Source: an uncultured Planctomycetota bacterium
GTDB lineage: Bacteria; Planctomycetota; Planctomycetia; Isosphaerales; Isosphaeraceae
Length of the DNA stretch: 64,000 nt
Direction of reading: 5' to 3'
Assembly (NCBI GenBank): GCA_963737655.1
Contig: CAVTTN010000002.1
Span: forward strand, 1,856,001 to 1,920,000
Shown here: positions 1-7,700 of the stretch, piece by piece
How positions within the stretch are numbered: position 1 is the stretch's first letter
How the letters are laid out: the number at the start of each line of letters is the position of its first letter
Notes under the pieces: model-generated
What the model was told of the DNA's origin: nothing
The model's input: the letters and a program-made list of their open reading frames with translations, nothing else
Database searches by the model: none
Translations under genes and position numbers: made by a program

Positions 1-7
1 GAACGCC

Positions 8-3000
8 GTGAACGCGGCGGCGGCCGCCTACAACGCGGCCGTGGCCGCCTCCGACGCGACCTACAACGCCGCGATCGACGCCGCATCGAGCGTCTACAAC
101 GCCGCCACCGCCGCCGCCGACGCGGCCAATCAGGCCGCCTCCGACGCCGCCGAGGCCGCCTATCAATCGGCCTCCGACGCGGCCCAGGCGGCGTATAATT
201 CGGCCTCTCAGGCGGCCCAGGCGGCCCACGACTCGCAGTATGTCGCCGCCGAATCGGCCTACGCGGCCCAGGCTCAGGCCGCCCAGAACGCCTATACGGC
301 GGCCGTCGCCCAGGCCGATTCCGCCTACGACGCCGCCTCCGCCTCGGCCCAGGCCACCCACGACTCCGCCTATCAGGCCGCCAACGACGCCTACAACAAC
401 GCCTTGCAGGCCCATCAGGCCACCTACAACGCCGCCGTCGCGGCGGCCGACGCCACCCAGAGCGCCGCCTACCAGGCCGCCCAGTCCACCTATGACGCCG
501 CCGTCCAGGCCGCGAGCGACGCCTACGACTCGGCCGCTCAATCGGCCGACGACGCGTACAACTCCGCGGTCCAGGCCGACACCGACGCCACCAACGCCCA
601 GATCCAGGGCTATCTCGACTCGCTCAATGGAACGGTCCAGTCCGCCGATGCCGCCCGGACGGTCTCGCTCAACGCCGCGGCGGCCACCTACAGCTCCGCC
701 TCCCAGGCCGCCAACAACGCGTATAACGACGCCGTGGCCGGCTTCAACCAGACCCGTTCCGATGCCGACAACGCCGCCAGCCAGGCGTACAGCAACACCA
801 TGAAGGGCGCCAACGACGCCCTGAACAACGCGCAAAACGCCTTCTACCAGGCGATGAGCAACATCGAGATGGCCCAGATGCAGTGGTACTACTCGCATCC
901 CAACGGAGGCACCCCGCCCGATTACAGCGCCCAGATGCAAGCGGCCACCGACGCCTTCAACGCGGCGAAGAAGCAATATGCCGTGACCGAGGCGCAAGCG
1001 GAAGTCACCCTGGCCCAGGCCACCGGCGCCGATGCCGTCGCGTTCGTCACGTCGGAGCAAGGCGCGGCCGTCACCCGGATCACGGCCCTGGCCAACGCCG
1101 GGAAGGACCAGGCGATCGCCGGGGCCCAGGCGAACAAGACGTATGTGGACGCGGTGGCCCCGGCCGTGGCCGACTTCCGGGCCCAGCAGGCCCACGCCAA
1201 CGCCGATCTCACGCAAGAGGTGGCCGACCAGCGGGTCGATCTCGCCCAGGCGATCGCCTCGGCCCTGAAGACCTTCCGCAACACGACGGCCGACGCCGCC
1301 GAGACCCAGGCCAACGCCAACGCGGCCGCCGACAAGGCCTGGACCCTGTCCGAGGCCTCGGCCATGGAGGCCATGAACAACGCCGACGCCGCCTCGGCCG
1401 AGACCCTGGCCAACGCCCAGGCCGACGCCGACGGTGCCCTCGACAACGCCCTGGCGCAAGCCGATGCCGCGTGGGTGGCGTCCGAGGCCTCGGCCGCGAC
1501 CACATTGGAGAACGCCCAGGCCCAGGCCGACCTGACCCGGACCACGGCCGAGGCCAACGCCGATGCCGCCCTGACCACGGCCCAATCCAACGCCGGGGCG
1601 GCGGAGGTCGCGGCCCTGGCCACGGCGGGAGTGGCGTGGTCCACCGCCCAGGCCTCGGCCGATCGGGCGTGGGTGGCCTCGGTGGTCTCGGCCAACACGG
1701 CGTTCGCCTCCTCGGCGATCGCGGCGGCCGTGGCCTCGGCCTCGGCGGAAACCAACGCCTGGGCGGCCGAGCAGAACGCCGAGGCCTCGGCCGTGGTGGC
1801 GTCCGCCTCCGCCTGGGCCGGCGCCCAGGGGACGCATTACGCGGGCTACTTGCTCGCTCAGATCCACGCCTGGGCGGCCGGGGTCTCGGCCCAGGTCGCC
1901 GCCGAGGTCACCTACGAGACGGCCGTCGATGCCGCCTGGGCGACCCAGCAGATGTCCGACGCGACGGCCGACGGCGCCCTGGACAACGCCCAGGCCGCCG
2001 CCGACTTCGCCCAGACCGTGGCCGTGAGCGCCGCGGAGGCGGCGTTCGACTCCGCCCAGGCCGTGGCGCAAGCGGCGTTCGACTCGGGAGAGGCCGCCGC
2101 GTGGGCCGCCGAGACGACCGCCGAGGGGGTCGCCGGGGTCGCCTGGACGGCCGCCGCCGCCTCGGCCCAGGCCGCTCTCAAGAACGCCGTGGCCGCCGCC
2201 GAGGTCGCCCACACCGCGGCCCTGGTCTCCGCGGGCAAGGCCCAGGTCTCGGCGCTGGCCTCGGCCAATACCGCCTGGGCCCGGAGCGAGGCGTCGGCCG
2301 ATTCCGCCTTCAAGAGGACGATGGCCGACGCCGCCTCGCAGTGGGTCGCCGCCGGGGCCGCCGCCGCCAAGGACTGGGCCAAGGCGATCGCCGACGCCGC
2401 CAAGACCTGGTCCGACACCGTCTGGCCCGGCTGGGCCACCTACGTCGACGCCCAGGCCCACGCCGCCGCCGACTGGACCGATTCGGTCGTCCACGGTTAC
2501 GCCGATTATCAGAAGGGCGTCGCCGGGGCCGGCGTCACGTTCGTCCAGACCGTGGCCCCCGCGCAGGTCACCTACGCCACGGCGGTGGCCAACGCCGACA
2601 AGACGTTCAACATCGCCATGGCGAACATCACCGTCACGCGCACCGTGGCCGGCGCCGAGTTGAACGTGGCCCAGGTCGAGGCGCAAGACCCCTCGGCCTT
2701 CGCCTCGATCACCCCGACCGGAGGCGGGGGCGGCTGGTTCTCGGGGATCATGAGCTACCTCGGAGGGCTGGCCGGCGGCCTCCTGATCGGCGGGGCGATC
2801 GTCATCGGCCTGGCCGTCCTGGCCTGTTACATGCCGGTGGCCGCCGCCGTGGCGGGGATCGGTCTGCTGGTCGTCCTCGGCGCCAACATCGTGGCCGGGG
2901 CGATGGAGCGCTACGCCGACGGCCAGGGCCTCGGGAGCTCGGTCTTCGGCTCGGTGGCCGACAACACCGGGATCGGCGGGGCGTATGCCGCCGCGACCGG

Positions 3001-3424
3001 CCGGGACATCGCCACCGGACAGGACCTGGGCCTCAGCAGCGACCAGCGGGCGGCCCTGGGCGGCCAGGCCACGGCCGACCTCATCCTGGCCCTCTTCGGC
3101 GGCCGGTTCAAGTTCTGCTTCGTCGCCGGGACTCAGGTGCTCATGGGCGAGGACGACGGCTCGCTCGCCTCGACGACCGAAGACGCCGCCGCGCCCCCGA
3201 TCGACGAGGACGCGACCGACCCCGAGGTCATCGTCCTGAGCCTCGCCGGCCTGTCCCTGGCGTATGGGGCCTATCGGTGGTCCCGGGCCCGGCGTCAGGC
3301 CGAGCGCCGCCGCCGCCTCCGGGCGATCGACGCCGCTCTGAACGACGAGGATTCCCTCGACGACGAGTTCTCGTTCGAGGAGGCCGAGGACGAGCGGTTC
3401 GTCCCGGAACTCCAGGTCGCCTGA
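8..3424 (+). CDS. Large Ala-rich polymorphic-toxin carrier protein (probably 5'-truncated by the window edge) with hydrophobic pre-toxin helices, an N-terminal Hint fragment and a C-terminal membrane anchor
   Basis: 1138-aa ORF with strong GC3 bias and 11-residue Tyr periodicity. Hydrophobic Gly/Ala stretch LGGLAGGLLIGGAIVIGLAVLAC...; CFVAGTQVLM (Hint block A) at 3116-3145; TM-like VIVLSLAGLSLAYGAY (3227-3274) followed by an Arg-rich then acidic tail. Confidence 0.8.
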   Translation: MNAAAAAYNAAVAASDATYNAAIDAASSVYNAATAAADAANQAASDAAEAAYQSASDAAQAAYNSASQAAQAAHDSQYVAAESAYAAQAQAAQNAYTAAVAQADSAYDAASASAQATHDSAYQAANDAYNNALQAHQATYNAAVAAADATQSAAYQAAQSTYDAAVQAASDAYDSAAQSADDAYNSAVQADTDATNAQIQGYLDSLNGTVQSADAARTVSLNAAAATYSSASQAANNAYNDAVAGFNQTRSDADNAASQAYSNTMKGANDALNNAQNAFYQAMSNIEMAQMQWYYSHPNGGTPPDYSAQMQAATDAFNAAKKQYAVTEAQAEVTLAQATGADAVAFVTSEQGAAVTRITALANAGKDQAIAGAQANKTYVDAVAPAVADFRAQQAHANADLTQEVADQRVDLAQAIASALKTFRNTTADAAETQANANAAADKAWTLSEASAMEAMNNADAASAETLANAQADADGALDNALAQADAAWVASEASAATTLENAQAQADLTRTTAEANADAALTTAQSNAGAAEVAALATAGVAWSTAQASADRAWVASVVSANTAFASSAIAAAVASASAETNAWAAEQNAEASAVVASASAWAGAQGTHYAGYLLAQIHAWAAGVSAQVAAEVTYETAVDAAWATQQMSDATADGALDNAQAAADFAQTVAVSAAEAAFDSAQAVAQAAFDSGEAAAWAAETTAEGVAGVAWTAAAASAQAALKNAVAAAEVAHTAALVSAGKAQVSALASANTAWARSEASADSAFKRTMADAASQWVAAGAAAAKDWAKAIADAAKTWSDTVWPGWATYVDAQAHAAADWTDSVVHGYADYQKGVAGAGVTFVQTVAPAQVTYATAVANADKTFNIAMANITVTRTVAGAELNVAQVEAQDPSAFASITPTGGGGGWFSGIMSYLGGLAGGLLIGGAIVIGLAVLACYMPVAAAVAGIGLLVVLGANIVAGAMERYADGQGLGSSVFGSVADNTGIGGAYAAATGRDIATGQDLGLSSDQRAALGGQATADLILALFGGRFKFCFVAGTQVLMGEDDGSLASTTEDAAAPPIDEDATDPEVIVLSLAGLSLAYGAYRWSRARRQAERRRRLRAIDAALNDEDSLDDEFSFEEAEDERFVPELQVA

Positions 3425-3531
3425 GACCCCCGACCTCGAAGGGCCGGCGCCGGAATTCCCGGCGTCGGCCCGCCCCGAGGCCGAGCCCGGCCCCGGACCG
3501 GAACTCCCCCCAAACCGCCGAGGAACCGACC

Positions 3532-4434
3532 ATGAACCGAACCGAAACGGCCCCGAAAGGGCCCCGATTCTGGACGGCCTGGACCCTCTCCTGGGCCGCC
3601 GTCTTCGGCCTGGCCCTCGCCCACCTCGCCTGGCGACACGGCGACAGGACGGCCGACCGCCCGGCCCTCGCCCGGCTCTCCTCGCCCGTCCCGACCCCTT
3701 CGAAAAAGACCAAATCCATCGAAACCATCGCGCCGGGCGATCGCGTCCTGGCCCGCAACGACGTGACCGGCGAAGTGGCGCCCCGACGGGTCGCCCAGGT
3801 CTTCCGCAACACGGCCGACCACCTGAGGACGGTCCGCATCCGCTCCGATTCCGGCACCGTTCAGGAGCTGAAGACGACCGACGACCACCCGTTCTTCGTC
3901 GTGGGCCGGGGCTGGGTCCTGGCCAGGTCGCTGGAACCCGGAAACAAGGTCCTTCAGCCCGACGGCCGCGAGGCGGAGGTCGATTCGACGTCGCGAGAGG
4001 CGCATCCGGAGGGCGTCGCCGTCTTCAACTTCGAGGTCGCCGAGTTCCACACCTATTTCGTGGCCGAGACGGCCAACGATCCGTTCGTCCTCGTCCACAA
4101 CGACTGCGTGGCCCGCGCCGAGGCCGCCGCCGCCCGTCACGGCGGAACACGGATGCCCGGGACCGACAACTGGAGCTTCCCGACCCGAAGGGCGGCCCGG
4201 CAAGCGGCGTCGGAGATCGCCGGCAACCTCGGCTCCGATCCCGTCCCGATCCGCATGAGGGACTTCCGGGGCAAGCCTCCCGGGTTCAACCCCAACTCGG
4301 AGATGGTCCACGGCCAGAAGAGCGCCGACGGCTCGATCCTCTGGCGGGACGACTTCCTCGGCCATCCCCGGTTCGGCGCCGGGCCTCACGTGAACGTGGA
4401 GATCGACGGGCACAACTTCCACCTGTTCTACTGA
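3532..4434 (+). CDS. Membrane-anchored Hint (C-terminal part) + nuclease-like toxin, cassette 1
   Basis: GAGGA 7 nt upstream of ATG 3532. N-terminal TM RFWTAWTLSWAAVFGLALAHLAW; KSIETIAPGDRV, TTDDHPFF (TxxH), VFNFEVAEFHTYFV and VLVHN-DC; C-terminal domain with D..GH..GPHVNV..H.FY resembling Tox-HNH-EHHH. Confidence 0.8.
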   Translation: MNRTETAPKGPRFWTAWTLSWAAVFGLALAHLAWRHGDRTADRPALARLSSPVPTPSKKTKSIETIAPGDRVLARNDVTGEVAPRRVAQVFRNTADHLRTVRIRSDSGTVQELKTTDDHPFFVVGRGWVLARSLEPGNKVLQPDGREAEVDSTSREAHPEGVAVFNFEVAEFHTYFVAETANDPFVLVHNDCVARAEAAAARHGGTRMPGTDNWSFPTRRAARQAASEIAGNLGSDPVPIRMRDFRGKPPGFNPNSEMVHGQKSADGSILWRDDFLGHPRFGAGPHVNVEIDGHNFHLFY

Positions 4435-4512
4435 GGCGAAGCGGGCGAGGCCGGGGGCCCGACACTCGGCTCCTGGCCCGCCGGATTCGATCCGGATCGG
4501 GGAGGTTCGGTC

Positions 4513-4887
4513 GTGAAGGCATTCTGGCGGTACGACTGCGACTTCGGCCATCACTGGACCTTCTACCGAGACCTCGACGCCCCGGAGAGGCCCGAGGACA
4601 CGGTCTGTCCGTTCGGCCACGAGGCCGTGACACGGACCCGAGAGCCGGTGGTCGATCGGGTCGAGATCGCGTTCCGTCCCGGGGCGCGGGTGGTCGATTC
4701 GGTCAAGGGTCAGATCGGCCACGAATACGATTTCCACCTCGTCCTGACCGATCCGAGGACCGGCGAAACGAGGATGTCGCTCCGGCCCGTCCCCTGGACC
4801 GAGGCCCTGAGACACGCCCAGGCCCTGTACGATCGCGGCTTGACCCGCGATCGCTCGTGGGCCTACTTCGACAAGCACCTGTCCTGA
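4513..4887 (+). CDS. Putative immunity protein for toxin 1, possible Zn-binding motifs
   Basis: GGAGG + GTG start, 124 aa, directly downstream of the toxin; CDFGH...CPFGH motifs. Confidence 0.6.
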   Translation: MKAFWRYDCDFGHHWTFYRDLDAPERPEDTVCPFGHEAVTRTREPVVDRVEIAFRPGARVVDSVKGQIGHEYDFHLVLTDPRTGETRMSLRPVPWTEALRHAQALYDRGLTRDRSWAYFDKHLS

Positions 4888-4962
4888 GCGGGCCGGTCCG
4901 CCCGGCCGATCCACCTCACCCCCCATCGCTCGGGCGTGTCTCCGCCCGAGGAGGAGGTCTTC

Positions 4963-5912
4963 ATGATCGGTGAGATTCCGCGAGACGACCCCGCGAACGA
5001 TCCCCGGCCCGCGCGATCGGCCCGGTTCTGGGCCCTCTGGACGATGGCCTCGGCGACCGTGGTCCTTGGGGTCATGGCGACGAGGGGGGCTTCCCCTCCG
5101 AAGCCCGAGAGGCCCGCCGGACCGGTCTGGCGGCCGATCTCCGTCACGGCCGAGCCCGCCCGGCGCTCGAGGTCGATCGAAGAGGTGAAGGTCGGCGACC
5201 TGGTGATGAGCCGGGACGACGCGACCGGCGCCGTGGTCCCGAAGCGGGTCGTTCGCCTGTTCCGCAACACCTCGGACCACCTCCGGCTGGTCCGGGTCCG
5301 GGCCGGGTCCGGCGCCGAGCAGACGATCGAGACGACCGACGACCACCCGTTCTTCGTCGTCGGCCACGGCTGGTCGGCGGCCAGGGACCTTGTTCCCGGA
5401 GACCGCCTGACCCAGCCCGACGGCGAGATGGCCGAGGTCGCCGCGACCGAGAGGCGGGATCATCCCGAGGGCGTCCCGGTCTTCAACTTCGAGGTCGAAG
5501 GGACGCACAATTACTTCGTGGCGCGATCGCCCGACGATGCGTTCGTCCTCGCCCATAACGAGTGCATCCGGGTCAAGCCGGGCCGGCAGGCCCCGGGCCA
5601 CGAGTTCCGGATCAGCCCCGATGAGCTGAATTTCGTCAAGAACTTGCTCGCGAGGAACCGCAAGCCCAACCTGGAGGTCTATCGGACGAACCAGACCGAG
5701 AGGATGGGCGACTTCATCGTGATCGATCGTTCCAATCCCAGCAAACCCGTCGGCTGGGTCGTGGACGTGAAGATGGGCGGAGGGGCGCGGGCAACCAGCT
5801 GGAGAACGCCGCGAGGGCCAAGCAGATGTTCGGCCTCGACCAGCTCAAGACGGCCTCGGGGACCGCCGCCGACCTGATCCGCCAGCTCGGGATCGGCCGG
5901 GGGCAATGGTGA
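4963..5912 (+). CDS. Membrane-anchored Hint (C-terminal part) + PD-(D/E)xK-like toxin, cassette 2 (apparent 1-nt deletion near 5782-5785)
   Basis: GAGGAGGAGG before ATG 4963. TM RFWALWTMASATVVLGVMA; RSIEEVKVGDLV, TTDDHPFF, VFNFEVEGTHNYFV and VLAHN-EC. Toxin motif GDFIVID...VVDVK; adding one G in the GGGG run continues as GAGNQLENAARAKQMFG...GQW* (TGA 5910-5912), 4 nt before the next ATG. Confidence 0.72.
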
Positions 5913-5916
5913 CGCG

Positions 5917-7071
5917 ATGACCGGAGATTCGACGCGATGGCGGATCGCCGACGGAGGGCCGGCGATCCCCGAACCTTCCTCCGAGGAGGTGGCCCGGATG
6001 CTCGGGTCGGCCGAGGCCCGGCCTTCGGGCGATCGGCCCTGGGCGATCGTCCGCTCTCCGGACGACGCACCCCGTCTCCTCGCCCGCGACGACGCCGATC
6101 GGTTCGTGGCCGGGTTCTGGTCCGCGTCCGGTCGGCTCTTCCTCGCGGCCTCGCCGATCGGCGGAGGGCCCGGGTCCGTTCTCAGCGAATGGGTCCCGGA
6201 CGGCTCGTGGCGACCGGCTCTCTCCCTGGCCGGGGAGGTCCTGGGAGTCGCCACCCCGCCGGGCGGCAAGGGACCGGCCGTCACGGTCCTCGAACCCGAT
6301 CGGAAGCGGCTGGCGCTGGTCGGCCTCGACGGCTTACCGATCGCGTCCATCTCGCTCGGGTCGCCGGCCCGGGAGAGGGCCTGGGCGGCCTCCGGGACGG
6401 CCGTTCGTTCGGAGGACGGCACGCTTGCGGTCTTCGACGCCGGGCTCGCCCCCCTTGGCACGCCGTTCCGGTTCCGCAAGAGACTTGATGAACTGGCCCT
6501 CGCGCCGGGGCCTGATCACGTCTTTGGGTTTGGTCGCGATCCGGGGGTCTGGTCGGTCGATCTCCCGGCAGGGGAGCCCTGGTCCGTCGGGCGCGAGGGC
6601 CTCGCCACCCGCGCCGTGATCCCTCTGGGCCTCGGAGGGGCCGTTTGCGGATGGGAAGATGGCGCGGTCACGCGGTTCGATGCGTCGTCGCGACAGGTCC
6701 TCTGGACGACCGAGGCCGAGCCCGGGTGCCAATCCCTGGTGATCGACGTGGCCATCGGGACCGGGCGGGTCGTCTCGGGCTCGTCCTCGGGAAAAGTCCG
6801 AGCCCTCGACCTCCTCGGCGGAGCGGGGCGCTGGGAGATCGACGTGGGGACGGGCACGGTCGAGCACGTCCTGATCCTGGGCGGATGGGTGATCGCGGCC
6901 GGGGCGAACGAAGTCCTCTCCGTCCTGGATCTGGCCTCGGGCGAGGCCCGGGCCCACCTCTTCGGCCACCGGCACCGGATCACCCACTTGACTCCTTCGG
7001 CCCTCGGATCCGGGTTCATCTCCGCCGACAAGACGGGCCGAATCCTCGCCTGGGACCTCGCCGGGGGATGA
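5917..7071 (+). CDS. WD40/PQQ-type beta-propeller protein, candidate immunity for toxin 2
   Basis: Repeats such as VVSGSSSGKVRALD, LFGHRHRITHL and FISADKTGRILAWD; tightly coupled to the corrected cassette-2 stop. Confidence 0.65.
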   Translation: MTGDSTRWRIADGGPAIPEPSSEEVARMLGSAEARPSGDRPWAIVRSPDDAPRLLARDDADRFVAGFWSASGRLFLAASPIGGGPGSVLSEWVPDGSWRPALSLAGEVLGVATPPGGKGPAVTVLEPDRKRLALVGLDGLPIASISLGSPARERAWAASGTAVRSEDGTLAVFDAGLAPLGTPFRFRKRLDELALAPGPDHVFGFGRDPGVWSVDLPAGEPWSVGREGLATRAVIPLGLGGAVCGWEDGAVTRFDASSRQVLWTTEAEPGCQSLVIDVAIGTGRVVSGSSSGKVRALDLLGGAGRWEIDVGTGTVEHVLILGGWVIAAGANEVLSVLDLASGEARAHLFGHRHRITHLTPSALGSGFISADKTGRILAWDLAGG

Positions 7072-7099
7072 CTCCTCCCGAGGGAATCCCCGGCCTCTT

Positions 7100-7663
7100 C
7101 TAGAATTCGATCCCGAGTTGCGCCTTCACCCCCGATTTGTACGGATGTTTCACCGCGACGATCTCCGAGACGAGGTCGGCGGCCTCGATGATCTCGGGAG
7201 GCGCGCCTCGGCCGGTCAGGACGACGTGTTGCCTCGGGTCTCGGGCCTGGAGGAACTCGACGACGAGCTTCGGGTCGAGGTAGCCGAGCTTCATCACGAC
7301 GTTGATCTCGTCGAGGATCACCACGTCATACTTCCCCGAGGCGATCGCCTCCTTGCTGACCTCCCAGATCGCCAGGGTGGTGGCGATGTCCTGCTCGGGG
7401 TTCTTGGTGTCCCAGGTGAAGCCGTCGCCCATGGGCAAGATCGTGATGTCGGGCGCGAGCCGATCGGCCATCTTCTTCTCGCCGGTCTTCCACTTCCCCT
7501 TGATGTACTGGACCATGAAGACCTTGAAGCCGACGCCCAGGGCGCGGAACGCCAGCCCGAGCGCGGCGGTCGTCTTCCCCTTGCCATCGCCGGTGTTCAC
7601 CAGGATCAGGCCCCTCCGCCTCTTGGGCTCCGGGGCGGGCGGCTCGTCGTTCAGTTCGGCCAT
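7100..7663 (-). CDS. cobO: Cob(I)yrinic acid a,c-diamide adenosyltransferase
   Basis: TGDGKGKTTAALG P-loop, QYIKG, GDGFTW, ILDEIN, VLTGR and KHPY..GVKAQLGIEF. Confidence 0.95.
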   Translation of the reverse strand: MAELNDEPPAPEPKRRRGLILVNTGDGKGKTTAALGLAFRALGVGFKVFMVQYIKGKWKTGEKKMADRLAPDITILPMGDGFTWDTKNPEQDIATTLAIWEVSKEAIASGKYDVVILDEINVVMKLGYLDPKLVVEFLQARDPRQHVVLTGRGAPPEIIEAADLVSEIVAVKHPYKSGVKAQLGIEF

Positions 7664-7700
7664 CGGGGCACCTCGTCGGGCGGGAAGGGAAGGAAGGGTC

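Noticed and set aside
883..3531. N-terminal 883 codons of the 1183-aa ORF 883..4434
   Set aside because: Arg/Gly/Pro-rich off-frame shadow of the Ala-rich carrier. Real coding signal starts at ATG 3532 with an SD. Its openness does keep the fusion alternative alive.
3116..4107. Canonical selfish intein with homing endonuclease
   Set aside because: No LAGLIDADG or HNH domain inside the Hint, +1 residue is not Cys/Ser/Thr, and the context is a toxin locus, so it is BIL/pre-toxin Hint type.
3295..5601. Long minus-strand ORF, and similar long antisense ORFs such as 7302..9731, 34343..37603 and 50934..53348
   Set aside because: Typical stop-poor antisense frames of high-GC genes; no motifs and fully overlapping better-supported genes.
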